Sequence record: NZ_CP067021.1
Length of the DNA stretch: 64,000 bases
Strand: one strand, 5' to 3'
From: a plasmid
The translations under genes and the position numbers were made by a program. This document shows, one piece after another, positions 1 to 9,900 of this stretch. The first letter of the stretch is position 1. Every line of letters starts with the position of its first letter. The notes under the pieces were generated by a model. That model saw only the letters and a list, made by a program, of their open reading frames with translations, did not search any database and had not been told where the DNA came from.

Positions 1-1249
1 TCAGTGTAGGAGGGGTGAACGTCCACAAAGGTTCAGTAATATACTTCTCAACAATAGCGCGATATTGACCTACTTTAATACGAGCTTCAGGCGTCATCAT
101 CCAACCGCGCTGATTTAGCGTATTAACAACAGTTTGAACCGCAGTATAGCCATTTTCAGAAGTCAGAACATTATTCGTTACGGTATGACTCTTATTCACA
201 TAATTATCAACTAGCGCATTAAAGGCATCCATTCCAGCTTTACTAATAGGGAATGTGCCTTCTTGCTCAGTAGCATTAGCATTTACTTGATACGCGATAT
301 ACCATTTTTCCATATCGATAAAAAATTCACGATATAGATTGTACTTTTGTTGCTGTAACTTTGCTTGTACATTTGCCAAAGCAACGTTGATCTTGTTTTG
401 ATCTTGCTGGCGTAATTTATAAACAGGGATATCCATCAATTCACTATTAACCGCAGCTGGATTAACAACGTTCATTGATGCACCGCCACAAATTGGCTCT
501 TTTCTACCTCCAACTTCTAAACGGCTGTCTGAATATGCATAGTTATAAGTAATAGATGTCCAGTTTGTAGGTGTTTTAGCTGTTTTATCTATGTAGTTCT
601 GCTTTACCTCCACTGCAGTCCTACTAACACCGGGATCAGCATGACCCACGTATGAACCATCATTGTAGAAGCGTCCGAACGCTGGAGGGAGAGCATAGAA
701 CTCTTGGTTTAAAACGTTAATGCAATGCAGCTGTCGAAGCATGACTGGCGCATTTTTTCTGAAGCCAAAAATATCACGTTGATGATCGTGCGTATCTGAC
801 AAACTAGCCGAAGCCATTAAGGATTCGCCTAATGTTCTATTATTAATTGTATTAGAAACATTATTTGACCAAAGCACCATACCGAGGACAACCACTTGAA
901 TGAAACAGTAGCCAGACGCGGTAGGTAAAAGCAAAATAATCGAATATAATATACGGGAAAACATCGTAGTGACTTTAGAATCTTTCCCGAAAGCTTCACC
1001 GTCCTGGGCGCTTTTCAAAAGTGCAGTTAAACCAATACCGATCGCAAAAACCAGAACCAAAGACATTGCCACACTAGCTACACCACCTAATAATATATTA
1101 GTGAGTAATCCTGATGATGGTACTGTCGAAGCCGGGCCAGACGCATTGATAAACGCATTGATGAAATCGTGTCCAAAGATAGATGAGAGAAGAGTAACGG
1201 CTTGGTCGCCATCACAATTCGGATTTGTCGATTGACAAAATAAACTCAT
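1..1249 (-). CDS. Membrane protein, partial: ORF runs off the window start (C-terminus missing). Two N-terminal hydrophobic helices then a large soluble domain.
   Basis: Hand translation of minus strand from ATG at 1249-1247 (GGTGAG RBS about 7 nt upstream) is open for about 415 codons to position 1 with no stop. Absent from the ORF track because it lacks an in-window stop. Overlapping plus ORF 969..1235 is probably spurious. Confidence 0.6.
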   Translation of the reverse strand, partial: MSLFCQSTNPNCDGDQAVTLLSSIFGHDFINAFINASGPASTVPSSGLLTNILLGGVASVAMSLVLVFAIGIGLTALLKSAQDGEAFGKDSKVTTMFSRILYSIILLLPTASGYCFIQVVVLGMVLWSNNVSNTINNRTLGESLMASASLSDTHDHQRDIFGFRKNAPVMLRQLHCINVLNQEFYALPPAFGRFYNDGSYVGHADPGVSRTAVEVKQNYIDKTAKTPTNWTSITYNYAYSDSRLEVGGRKEPICGGASMNVVNPAAVNSELMDIPVYKLRQQDQNKINVALANVQAKLQQQKYNLYREFFIDMEKWYIAYQVNANATEQEGTFPISKAGMDAFNALVDNYVNKSHTVTNNVLTSENGYTAVQTVVNTLNQRGWMMTPEARIKVGQYRAIVEKYITEPLWTFTPPTL

Positions 1250-1515
1250 AGCTAACTCACCGTTTTTCTTAATGCTTCTTATACATCGCTTACTTAAGAC
1301 GACTAAAAGCAAAGTGTTATAAATTACAAGTTAGACGTTTAACTAAAAGGCTTAATACCTTTTAACCAAAGAATCATTAAAACCATTTTATTACAAATAA
1401 CAATGGTTTTTAAATTAGCAATAATGTACCACAAAACTATTATTGGTATATACAGAAAGTTTAAACATGACTTGCTAATTGTTTTAATGATTTAGTTTAA
1501 ATACAAGAGACTATT

Positions 1516-1929
1516 ATGGATAAAGCAAAGTTTACATCTCACTTAATTTTACTGTCGGAAATTAAGAAATCTGTATCTAAAGATATGGGGAAAGATATAA
1601 CTGTTTTAGAGTTATCCTACATACTCAACCAAAGCATAAATCCTTTAATGGCAATAACTTATAAAGAAAAACTAGATAAAATAAATACTTTTGAATTAGA
1701 TCCTATTGAAGTTCTCAAAAAACGGAAGAACCTAAAAATATTAAAAGTATTAAACCTCATGCTTACGTTAAATCTAGACAAAACCATTAAAAAAGACGAT
1801 ATAGAAAGTTACAACGAGTATAAAGACAAGTTTTTAGAGAACATCGCAACAATAGGTTTAGACAGATTAGAGCAAGAAGCGTTAAAGGTACAAATTGAAA
1901 ATTTATTGAAGTATAATTGGGTATCTTAA
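1516..1929 (+). CDS. Hypothetical protein, 137 aa
   Basis: ORF with ATG start after AT-rich divergent intergenic region; no recognisable motif. Confidence 0.5.
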   Translation: MDKAKFTSHLILLSEIKKSVSKDMGKDITVLELSYILNQSINPLMAITYKEKLDKINTFELDPIEVLKKRKNLKILKVLNLMLTLNLDKTIKKDDIESYNEYKDKFLENIATIGLDRLEQEALKVQIENLLKYNWVS

Positions 1930-1978
1930 TACATCTCTTAATTTTAAGATTCTGACTTTAATAAAGGGTTTAAGCCAA

Positions 1979-2380
1979 ATGGAAAACATACAGAACGAAG
2001 AAGATATACTTCAAGACGCGACCAGAGCCGTTTTTAATTGTGGCACTAGTTTTAGTGAAGCTAAAGTAGTTTCCCTTACTGACGAGTTTAACCCACAACC
2101 TACACTACAAACACAACGAACCAACCTAAAATATATCTACGACAATAAACTACCGAATGAAATTGGTCGTCAATTAGCGCAAGAACCAGAATACCAAGAA
2201 GAAACACGTTCATTACTTGTTGGCCACTTTAAAGAAATGGCTCTAGAAGATTTAATTGAGCAGCAAGATTACCAAAACCGCTACAAACAAACAGATCCAG
2301 AATTGGACCAAGACAATGAATATGAAAACAATTCGGATAACGAATACACATCACGCCCACCAGAGCCTAGACCTTGGTAA
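1979..2380 (+). CDS. Hypothetical acidic protein, 133 aa
   Basis: ORF followed directly by a strong hairpin terminator. Confidence 0.5.
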   Translation: MENIQNEEDILQDATRAVFNCGTSFSEAKVVSLTDEFNPQPTLQTQRTNLKYIYDNKLPNEIGRQLAQEPEYQEETRSLLVGHFKEMALEDLIEQQDYQNRYKQTDPELDQDNEYENNSDNEYTSRPPEPRPW

Positions 2381-2395
2381 GCCTAACCATTAAAA

Positions 2396-2427
2396 AGAAA
2401 ATGCCCGAATGATGGGCATTTTTTATA
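2396..2427. terminator. Bidirectional rho-independent terminator between convergent genes
   Basis: AAATGCCC-gaatgat-GGGCATTT hairpin flanked by an A-run on the left and a T-run on the right. Confidence 0.6.
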
Positions 2428-2428
2428 T

Positions 2429-4285
2429 CTACGTAATATCTAGCTTCAAAAGTTCAGATGGATCTATGCGCTGACGGAATGAACATGCGAGTTCTTTTAC
2501 AATTTGATTTTGATATTGTTTGCGGTCGAATGTGTCAAAAGCTGAAACCTCAATTTCAGGATCAGTGATTGCATTTAGAAGATCCTTGGTTGCATTGAGT
2601 GATGCGGTAGGACAAACATAGATAAGGTTAAGCACTGAAGTACGAAGCAAAATATCTAATAAGTGATATTTGGGCGGTTCCAGTTCCTTATCTACATTAG
2701 AAAAGTAGTTCACAAGATAAATGTCATTTGATAAATGCAGATTGATATTGTCAATGAGATCTTTGGTAACACCGTCAAGAATGCCATTCACCTTCAACAA
2801 AAGTTCAGTGTTTTCGATGTCTTTAATTTTTTGCGTATCGACACGTTCATTAAATAAGTTGTTTAGATTTCTCAAAAACTTTGGTTGTGGCGCCGTAGTT
2901 TCAAAATACATCTGATTTTTGATACGGTCCTTCATGTAAGTTTGGATCATCTTAGCTTCAGAAGAAAGAAACTCAATCTTAAACGTGTCGTATGACACTA
3001 GATCAATAAATACTTGCTGGCCAGCACCCGACTTAATATCAAACCAGTTCATAAAAATACTGGCTTTGAGTGATTTCAATTGTTTAAGAATAGCCGTCTT
3101 CTCAAAATCATTCATATTGAAGTAGCTACTTGAAAAAGTATCGAGATAAAACTTCCATTTATCTTGCACTATATTCCACGCTTGATTAATAGAAATGATT
3201 GGAGCATCTATAATTTCATCTTTGATGGATTTTGACAGCTCATATAATTCATTTAAACGTGCTTGGTAGTTGAAGTCTTGAGTAATCACATTCTTTTCTT
3301 GTGTTGTGGACTCAGAATCCTCAAGATCCGCACCAACCAATAAATAAGCATCGGTTACTTTTGGTGTTTCCTTATTTGACGGTGCTGGTACTGGAGCACT
3401 AGAATGTTCAGTGGAAAAAGTTTCATCATCTTCCGCTGGCGTATACGGCGGTGTAGTCTCTTCATTAGGAGAACGTGCGTCTGTACGTTCAGCAAAAAAG
3501 TAAAACAATTCTTCTTGCGGTGCAACTTTAAACGGCGTCACATTATTATTGATGATTGCTTTTACAATATGGTTTGCCAGTTTTAGCGTGTAGGATAGGG
3601 CATGTATATAAAGCTCTAATGTTGCAAAGTCACTGGTATCAACTTCATTAGCACCAAACCAAGATAGGTTACGCAGTTCAAGCCAGCTCGTGAAAGAATC
3701 GTGAGAGCTATTAAAACTTAGATCTACGGTCTTGGACAAATAGATAAAAACGCAAAACAAAAACCTATTTTTGTACTCATACTTAAATACATCAGAATCG
3801 GTCCAGATCTTATTCTCAATGAGAGCAAGAATGTAATTTAAAAGCTCATGGTGTTTAGTCGAATCGATTAAGTTGTCTGGTAATACTTTTAGTTGATTAA
3901 GGTGTGGTTTTACAGGTGCATCATTGGATGGTTTAAGGAAGTGGTAGAACAAGTTAAATGTTTGCGTATCATCTATATCAATTACAGGTTCATAATCATC
4001 TTCATCTACGTTATTTAGATCCTGTTGAATATCGACTATTTGCCCGGTGTGACCTTCTGAACGGTCAATCTGGCAGATACTAAAAAGAACAGGCAAAACC
4101 CCGACAATATTACGGTTGTCAATTGTTTGATAGTGGGTATCAAAAAATATCGTATCAGCTAAAAACGTACCTTTATGATAGTTGAGAAAGAAGAATAGTA
4201 CGTTATTTAAAGAACGGTGATTTTCACCATAAGAGGTGTTAGAAGTAGCGTTAAAGTCATCGAAAAAAACTAAATTTGTATCCAT
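2429..4285 (-). CDS. Hypothetical protein, 618 aa; last gene of the long minus-strand block
   Basis: 1857-nt ORF, no recognisable catalytic motif. Confidence 0.65.
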   Translation of the reverse strand: MDTNLVFFDDFNATSNTSYGENHRSLNNVLFFFLNYHKGTFLADTIFFDTHYQTIDNRNIVGVLPVLFSICQIDRSEGHTGQIVDIQQDLNNVDEDDYEPVIDIDDTQTFNLFYHFLKPSNDAPVKPHLNQLKVLPDNLIDSTKHHELLNYILALIENKIWTDSDVFKYEYKNRFLFCVFIYLSKTVDLSFNSSHDSFTSWLELRNLSWFGANEVDTSDFATLELYIHALSYTLKLANHIVKAIINNNVTPFKVAPQEELFYFFAERTDARSPNEETTPPYTPAEDDETFSTEHSSAPVPAPSNKETPKVTDAYLLVGADLEDSESTTQEKNVITQDFNYQARLNELYELSKSIKDEIIDAPIISINQAWNIVQDKWKFYLDTFSSSYFNMNDFEKTAILKQLKSLKASIFMNWFDIKSGAGQQVFIDLVSYDTFKIEFLSSEAKMIQTYMKDRIKNQMYFETTAPQPKFLRNLNNLFNERVDTQKIKDIENTELLLKVNGILDGVTKDLIDNINLHLSNDIYLVNYFSNVDKELEPPKYHLLDILLRTSVLNLIYVCPTASLNATKDLLNAITDPEIEVSAFDTFDRKQYQNQIVKELACSFRQRIDPSELLKLDIT

Positions 4286-4295
4286 CTAAAAATAC

Positions 4296-4356
4296 TTTAA
4301 ACCACACCCTTAAACTATTACTAACAAGCATATAAGTTTTAAGAGAGGGTTTAAAG
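4296..4356. repeat. Imperfect inverted repeat (CTTTAAACCACACCCTTAAA ... TTTAAGAGAGGGTTTAAAG) between genes. Right arm is a copy of the recurrent GGGAGGGTTT-type intergenic motif.
   Basis: Arms 4296-4314 and 4337-4356 are reverse-complementary apart from the central 6-7 nt. Confidence 0.5.
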
Positions 4357-4382
4357 TTAATTTTAAATATATTTAATGGAGT

Positions 4383-4865
4383 TTAAGACATCGGGCTTTG
4401 TAAGCGCTCTACATTTGATGAAAGGTCAGAAACATCTTGCTCTAAAGTCATTGCCTGGTCTATCGCACGTTTCATTAAATATTCTTGATTAATTTCTTTA
4501 GGCTCTTTACGAGTAGCATTCTTTTGTTCTTCTTCTAATTTGAAACGTTCAAAAGCGAAAATAGAACGAATAATACATAAGCTATCTTCAAGTAGGTCTG
4601 AATGCACTTTAGGAAAAATTAGATCAGGATCTAAATCAGATGCGACTTGGTTAAACAGCATAAATTGATCGCGATGTTCGATAAGAAATTCATCATATGT
4701 ACCGAACTCAGATTCGATCATATCTGGAAAATTTGCGAGAGTTGAGACTTTCGTATCTTGTGATAACAGAATTGAATCACCTGATGGCGCAACTAAAGCA
4801 TGAATAGGTTGTTCTGCAATAGGAGCCAACAACACTACAGTAAATGGGCGTGTTTGGTTTTTCAT
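4383..4865 (-). CDS. Hypothetical protein, 160 aa
   Basis: ORF 8 nt downstream of preceding gene; co-oriented operon. Confidence 0.55.
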   Translation of the reverse strand: MKNQTRPFTVVLLAPIAEQPIHALVAPSGDSILLSQDTKVSTLANFPDMIESEFGTYDEFLIEHRDQFMLFNQVASDLDPDLIFPKVHSDLLEDSLCIIRSIFAFERFKLEEEQKNATRKEPKEINQEYLMKRAIDQAMTLEQDVSDLSSNVERLQSPMS

Positions 4866-4873
4866 GGTTAGTC

Positions 4874-5662
4874 CTAATTAGTATAAAAAAAGCTTTGGCC
4901 AAAAAGTCTATTTTGAAATTTTGGTAGGTTAATGGAATCGAATGGAAGGTCCGTCTCTTTAGTACACTTCTGATTAATTAGATAAATGATATTTTGAAGA
5001 AGTGCAATCAATTTAAATGGACTGTTGTATTCATTGAATATGGGTGCAGCGATGCAAAGAGTCTTTTTTCTATCGGTTGATAATGCCCATGGGTTCACCA
5101 GGGTAAAGCTCACCTTGGCATTATTATGTTCAATTGGTCGTGCATAAATATCAAGAACATCGGATAAAGTAGATACCTTTAATTCTTTTGAAATGTCAGT
5201 AAGAATCTCACTGACTTGAAGCGCTGTTTTATCATGAATATCGCTTATAGTGATGCAAACACCACTATTACTATTCATTAAATTTGCATAAAGAACTTCA
5301 ATAACCATGGACTCGTCTTTGGATAAATCCTTTAAATTGGCATTGACTAAATCTATGGTCCGATCTGATTTTTGTTCAAGTTTAATTTGAAGCAAAAGCG
5401 GTTCATTCTTTTTTGAAACAGGGAGTACTTTATAATCGCTAAGATTGTACTTTAACCGCTTCATTTCAGTAATCAGCGTTTCTTTGGCATTATCAAAAAG
5501 CTTCTGATCTCTCTTGGTTAAACCAATAACAAAATTTGTGGACATGAGTATATTCATGATCCACAAAGCAGTAGATAAGGATAAAACACTATCCTTAACA
5601 ACTTCTGAATCTGAATCAGAAAACCCAGATATTTGCTTGATTTTGTCGGTTATCGAAATCAT
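4874..5662 (-). CDS. Hypothetical protein, 262 aa
   Basis: ORF with AAGGG RBS; 5-prime end overlaps upstream ORF by 47 nt, so start is uncertain. Confidence 0.5.
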   Translation of the reverse strand: MISITDKIKQISGFSDSDSEVVKDSVLSLSTALWIMNILMSTNFVIGLTKRDQKLFDNAKETLITEMKRLKYNLSDYKVLPVSKKNEPLLLQIKLEQKSDRTIDLVNANLKDLSKDESMVIEVLYANLMNSNSGVCITISDIHDKTALQVSEILTDISKELKVSTLSDVLDIYARPIEHNNAKVSFTLVNPWALSTDRKKTLCIAAPIFNEYNSPFKLIALLQNIIYLINQKCTKETDLPFDSINLPKFQNRLFGQSFFYTN

Positions 5663-6188
5663 GTGAACCCTTGTTTAATTCGGCATTTTCATCTGAAACT
5701 TTGTCAAAAAGATTAGTTTGATTAAGTACGTCTTGGATATTTTTTTGTGGATCATCACTGAGTAAACATTGGAATAGGGCACTAATTAAAGTAGCAAGTG
5801 ATGTGCCATAGTCATTGGTACACTTGATTAACTGGCCAGCATCTAAGCAAATTGGTGTTTCATCATCATAAAGCAAGTGTAATTCTGGTGATTCAGCATA
5901 AACCAACTTTACATGAGTATCCGTGATGATTAACTCAACTTCTAAGTACTCATTATTTTCAACAAAATATTTAAAGCGCAACATCAATGCATCATCGCCA
6001 CGTTCTATATATACAATTTGTCGATCGGTCGTATTGGTATGGGTGACGAATCTATTCTCTTTTGTGATCTGATCAATGTAGTTCAAAAAGATGGTTTTGA
6101 GTGACGCACTTAAAATACCTTTGGCAGCGAGTTCACTTTTCAAGTAAGGCAGAAAGTTTTCAAGATTTTCATGCAATGGTTTTTGCAT
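5616..6188 (-). CDS. Hypothetical protein, 190 aa
   Basis: ORF preceded by intergenic region containing a 14-bp perfect palindrome. Confidence 0.55.
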   Translation of the reverse strand: MQKPLHENLENFLPYLKSELAAKGILSASLKTIFLNYIDQITKENRFVTHTNTTDRQIVYIERGDDALMLRFKYFVENNEYLEVELIITDTHVKLVYAESPELHLLYDDETPICLDAGQLIKCTNDYGTSLATLISALFQCLLSDDPQKNIQDVLNQTNLFDKVSDENAELNKGSHDFDNRQNQANIWVF

Positions 6189-6358
6189 TCGATCATCTCC
6201 AATGGGATTAATAAAAGGGCATACACATCAAATGTACAGCGACTCAATTATGACTATTTCATTACAACAGTTACTTAAAGGACTGCAGACTGTTTGACTT
6301 ATAAAACTGATACTTTCGCCACACTTTTAATTCAGAAATATCTAACTTGTTTCTAAAT

Positions 6359-6392
6359 CAATATGGCTTTATCTGATTATAAAGCCATATTG
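6359..6392. promoter_or_regulatory. Perfect 14-bp inverted repeat CAATATGGCTTTAT-ctgatt-ATAAAGCCATATTG. Either an operator or a terminator hairpin.
   Basis: Read directly in intergenic region 6189-6460, between the stop of the 143-aa gene and the start of the 190-aa gene. Confidence 0.4.
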
Positions 6393-6460
6393 AAAGTTTA
6401 AATATTTAAAAATTATTTTTAGTATATACCTAAATCTAAGATTTAAAATGGATCTAACTT

Positions 6461-6892
6461 TTAACTGGCAAACTTTGTTGCTTTGGTTAAAAGGGTTAAG
6501 TCTTCATGGAATTGATTTTTTAAAAACCCATAGTTAAAAACGTAACTAATAAAGGTGAAAAACTCTAATTGGTTCGGTATTTTGTCTTCAAGAATACTGA
6601 CCTCTAATTGTAATGTTCCTGTTGCACGTTTCTTAGAATGAAACTTAAGACCATCAAATGTTTGACCGTAATAAGTTGATATTTCCAAGAAAACTAAACG
6701 GAAAAAATAAGGGAAGATTTGAGAAACAACACGCTCAGGATCATCAATTTGAGTTAAACGTCTACCGTTGTGATATTTAAACTTAATACCATCAGCCATA
6801 CTTTTTTCTACCAACAGGCGAATATAGGCATGACTACGAGTAATCATGCTTTTAAGTGGCGTTTTTGCTTCATGAATATTTTCGTATTGCAT
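6461..6892 (-). CDS. Hypothetical protein, 143 aa, translationally coupled to the 2418-aa giant ORF (9-nt gap)
   Basis: ORF immediately downstream of giant ORF on same strand. Confidence 0.55.
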   Translation of the reverse strand: MQYENIHEAKTPLKSMITRSHAYIRLLVEKSMADGIKFKYHNGRRLTQIDDPERVVSQIFPYFFRLVFLEISTYYGQTFDGLKFHSKKRATGTLQLEVSILEDKIPNQLEFFTFISYVFNYGFLKNQFHEDLTLLTKATKFAS

Positions 6893-6901
6893 TTAGTTAT
6901 C

Positions 6902-9900
6902 TCACATCTCAAGTCTTAATTGGTCAGCTTCATTTTCTTTTTCAATCGAAACTTCAGCAATAATTTTTTGGGTATTTTCGTTTTGCAGATCTTGATCAAA
7001 TATTTCATTCACACAAGTTTCGACTAATTGTTCAGTCAAGTTTCTGCAGATCTCAAACTCTAAACCTTTAGGTTGTACGGTAGGGTAGCCGTCAATTAAA
7101 AATGAGTTTTTCATTTCATTTTCATTTGAAACTTTAGAGTACAAATAAGTCTCAAAATAACGGGCAAACATTTCGGTACTGGTCGCGTAATACGGCGTTG
7201 CACGATTTTCAGCACTGTCGATATTTAAACAATCCTTTTTATAACGCGATAGATTGTCACTAAAACGAATATCACCTACGTTTACTTCAACGTCTTGCGA
7301 CTTATCAAAGAAGTTTTGCATTAGAGTATGAGGATTTTTAACACCCTCAGGCATGTACTTCTCTACCAGGTTATAGAACTTGTATTTAGATGACTCTATC
7401 AAGTATTCAGATAGGTTTTGCGATAGTGTTTTTAAATCCACATTCGCTGCAGTCGCAACACCTGTAATTTTTTCTTCCAAACCGGTTGTAGGTAAATGAT
7501 GTTCTGGCTGGCGCATATCATTAAGTTTTTGCTGATAGCGCTCAAACGACTTAAAGCTTATAGCATTAATGTCAGTGTTAATTTTAGAGACAATGACATC
7601 CACCTTGTCTTGAACCGTACTGAAGAAAGATAGGTTTGTATCAGCTTTATATTCACGCTCATACTTCTTCAAGTACTCTTCAATTTTCTCAAACTGACGG
7701 CGAATGAGATCTTCATAGTGCTTTTGGTGCCAGTCAAAGAAGCTGCTTAAAGTTTTGCGCGTAGAATTAGGATAATTCTCTTTATTCTTAATCACTTCAT
7801 CATGCATTGAATCAGCAACAGTGTGGTACGCCTTGATTGCAGTCTCAGCATTCTCATAAAGTACTTGACCGTAATTTTTCATTGGCTGAACTGGCTCATT
7901 CATCATCGCACGATGTAACTTTTCAAAAGCACGACCGGACTCAGTAACAGGGGAGTATCCAGCATCCAACATATTTGATAAGAAGTGTCGTGCACCTGGT
8001 ATCTCAAAATTAGGGATGTCTTCATAATAGTCCTGAAGTACAGAACGATTCATTTGAGCGTGATTTTTATATACTTCCGCTTTTTCCAACATCCCCAAGT
8101 GTGCATCTAGCGCATGGCCATACTCATGAGCCAAACTTCCAGATCCGCTATCACGAGTTAAGTTAACCACGTTCTTAGACAGCTCAAAATGCGCTGCAGA
8201 TCCTTTAATTCCGCGTGAAGCCAAAGCAACACCCAAGTTCAATAAACCATTGTTTGATTTAAAGCCCATGAGTTGTTTTAAGTCAGCCAATGAGTCATAC
8301 ACGGCATTAACCAACTGTTGAGCCACAGGACTAACTTTATTGCCTACTTCAACACCACGGATAGAAAAGTCATCTTTAAGCTTGAATGAATCCACATCGG
8401 CACCTTGGCGATGATCAGGACCAGTACGAGAGTAATTTAACAATCCGTAAATGCTTGATTGGACTTTTTCAGTCACAAAGCCATTTTCAAGTTTTTTCAC
8501 TTCACTGGTAAATGACGGCAAACGTGGTGCTTTAGGTGTATTCACAGCTTCAGTCGTTGCTTCTATAACTGGTGCAACAGGATCTTTAACATAAATAGGT
8601 GCAGATTCAGCTTTAACTAAACCACTTTCAATCGCACTTTTCAGAACGTATGGTTCAAGCACAGTTGAATATAAGCCAGTACGTTGCATGTTGCTGATCG
8701 CATCGCTCACATCTTTAGTGACTTTCGACTTACCGTAAAAATCAAAGATCTTACCTGTTGATAGAATCTCACTAAGTTCTTTATCAATCGTTTTTTCGAT
8801 GATTTTCTCAAGCTGAACACTGATACCGCCTGTATGTTCTGGCATAATGTAGTACTCATTCAAATTGCTAAGCAATTCGAAGTAGTTTTTGTAGTTGTTC
8901 TTGGTACCTTTACTATAAAGCCCGATATAGTCTTTACGTTGGCGATCAGTCATACCAAGACTTTCAGCAGATAAGCTTTTATTGTTTCTTACCGCATGAA
9001 TCAACTCTTCTTGAGTATCTACCATCAAATTTCTGATGTTAGAAACAACAGCCACATACGCACGTAATTCTGTCGCACGTTGGCTATCAAGCATCAACGC
9101 ATTTTTAGAGAATAACGGTTTAGTTGGGCAGTAGTCATACATTGCCTTTACGAATATTTTGTCATCAATACCGAGTGGCGTATTGGTGTACCAAGCTTGG
9201 AATTCTTTATTTGCAACGATTTTTGCTTTTCGATAGTCCGTAGCTGTTTGATCGGCTGATGTCGCTGAAATATATTCCAATGAAATATATTCACCGTAGC
9301 GATCTTTATGTGCACCGCCAAACTTGGCACCTACATCACCTAAGTACGTAGCAGGGGAGTCACTTGGCTCTACCTTTACATCAACAGGCACATATTTGTC
9401 TTTTGGTACCAATTGATCGATAAACGTGAAGTCAGTAAACACACGGTTTTGAAGTTGTAAGACATCTTCAACTGAGCGCATACTTTTAACAGGAAAAACG
9501 CACAGAGACTTGTAATCACCGTGAATATCGGCTTTATCACCAAAAAGTTTAACCGATGCATATTCATTGTCGGTCGATGGCTTGATGGCCAAGAACAATT
9601 TGTGATTTTCAGTTTTGATATACGGCTTTATGTGTGCAGTTTGATCGTATAGAGCACCAAGCGTATTCGTAATCAAAGTTTGGAAATGCAAACTTGCTAA
9701 CTGTTTATTCTCAAAGTCAGTTTTGTGTTTAATCTGAATTTCAGGCAAGTCAGATAGTGCTAATTGCTCTAAAGTGGTACCGAAATTAACCTTAGATTCG
9801 ATAGCATTTAAGATTTCGTGACTAAACTGGTCTACATCATCAAAACCAGTAATCAATTGATACTGATAGTCATGAGACGGTATACGAAGAAGCACGGCAG

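Noticed and set aside
969-1235. Plus-strand ORF of 88 aa
   Set aside because: It is fully antisense to a much longer open minus-strand frame (1..1249) that has membrane-protein character.
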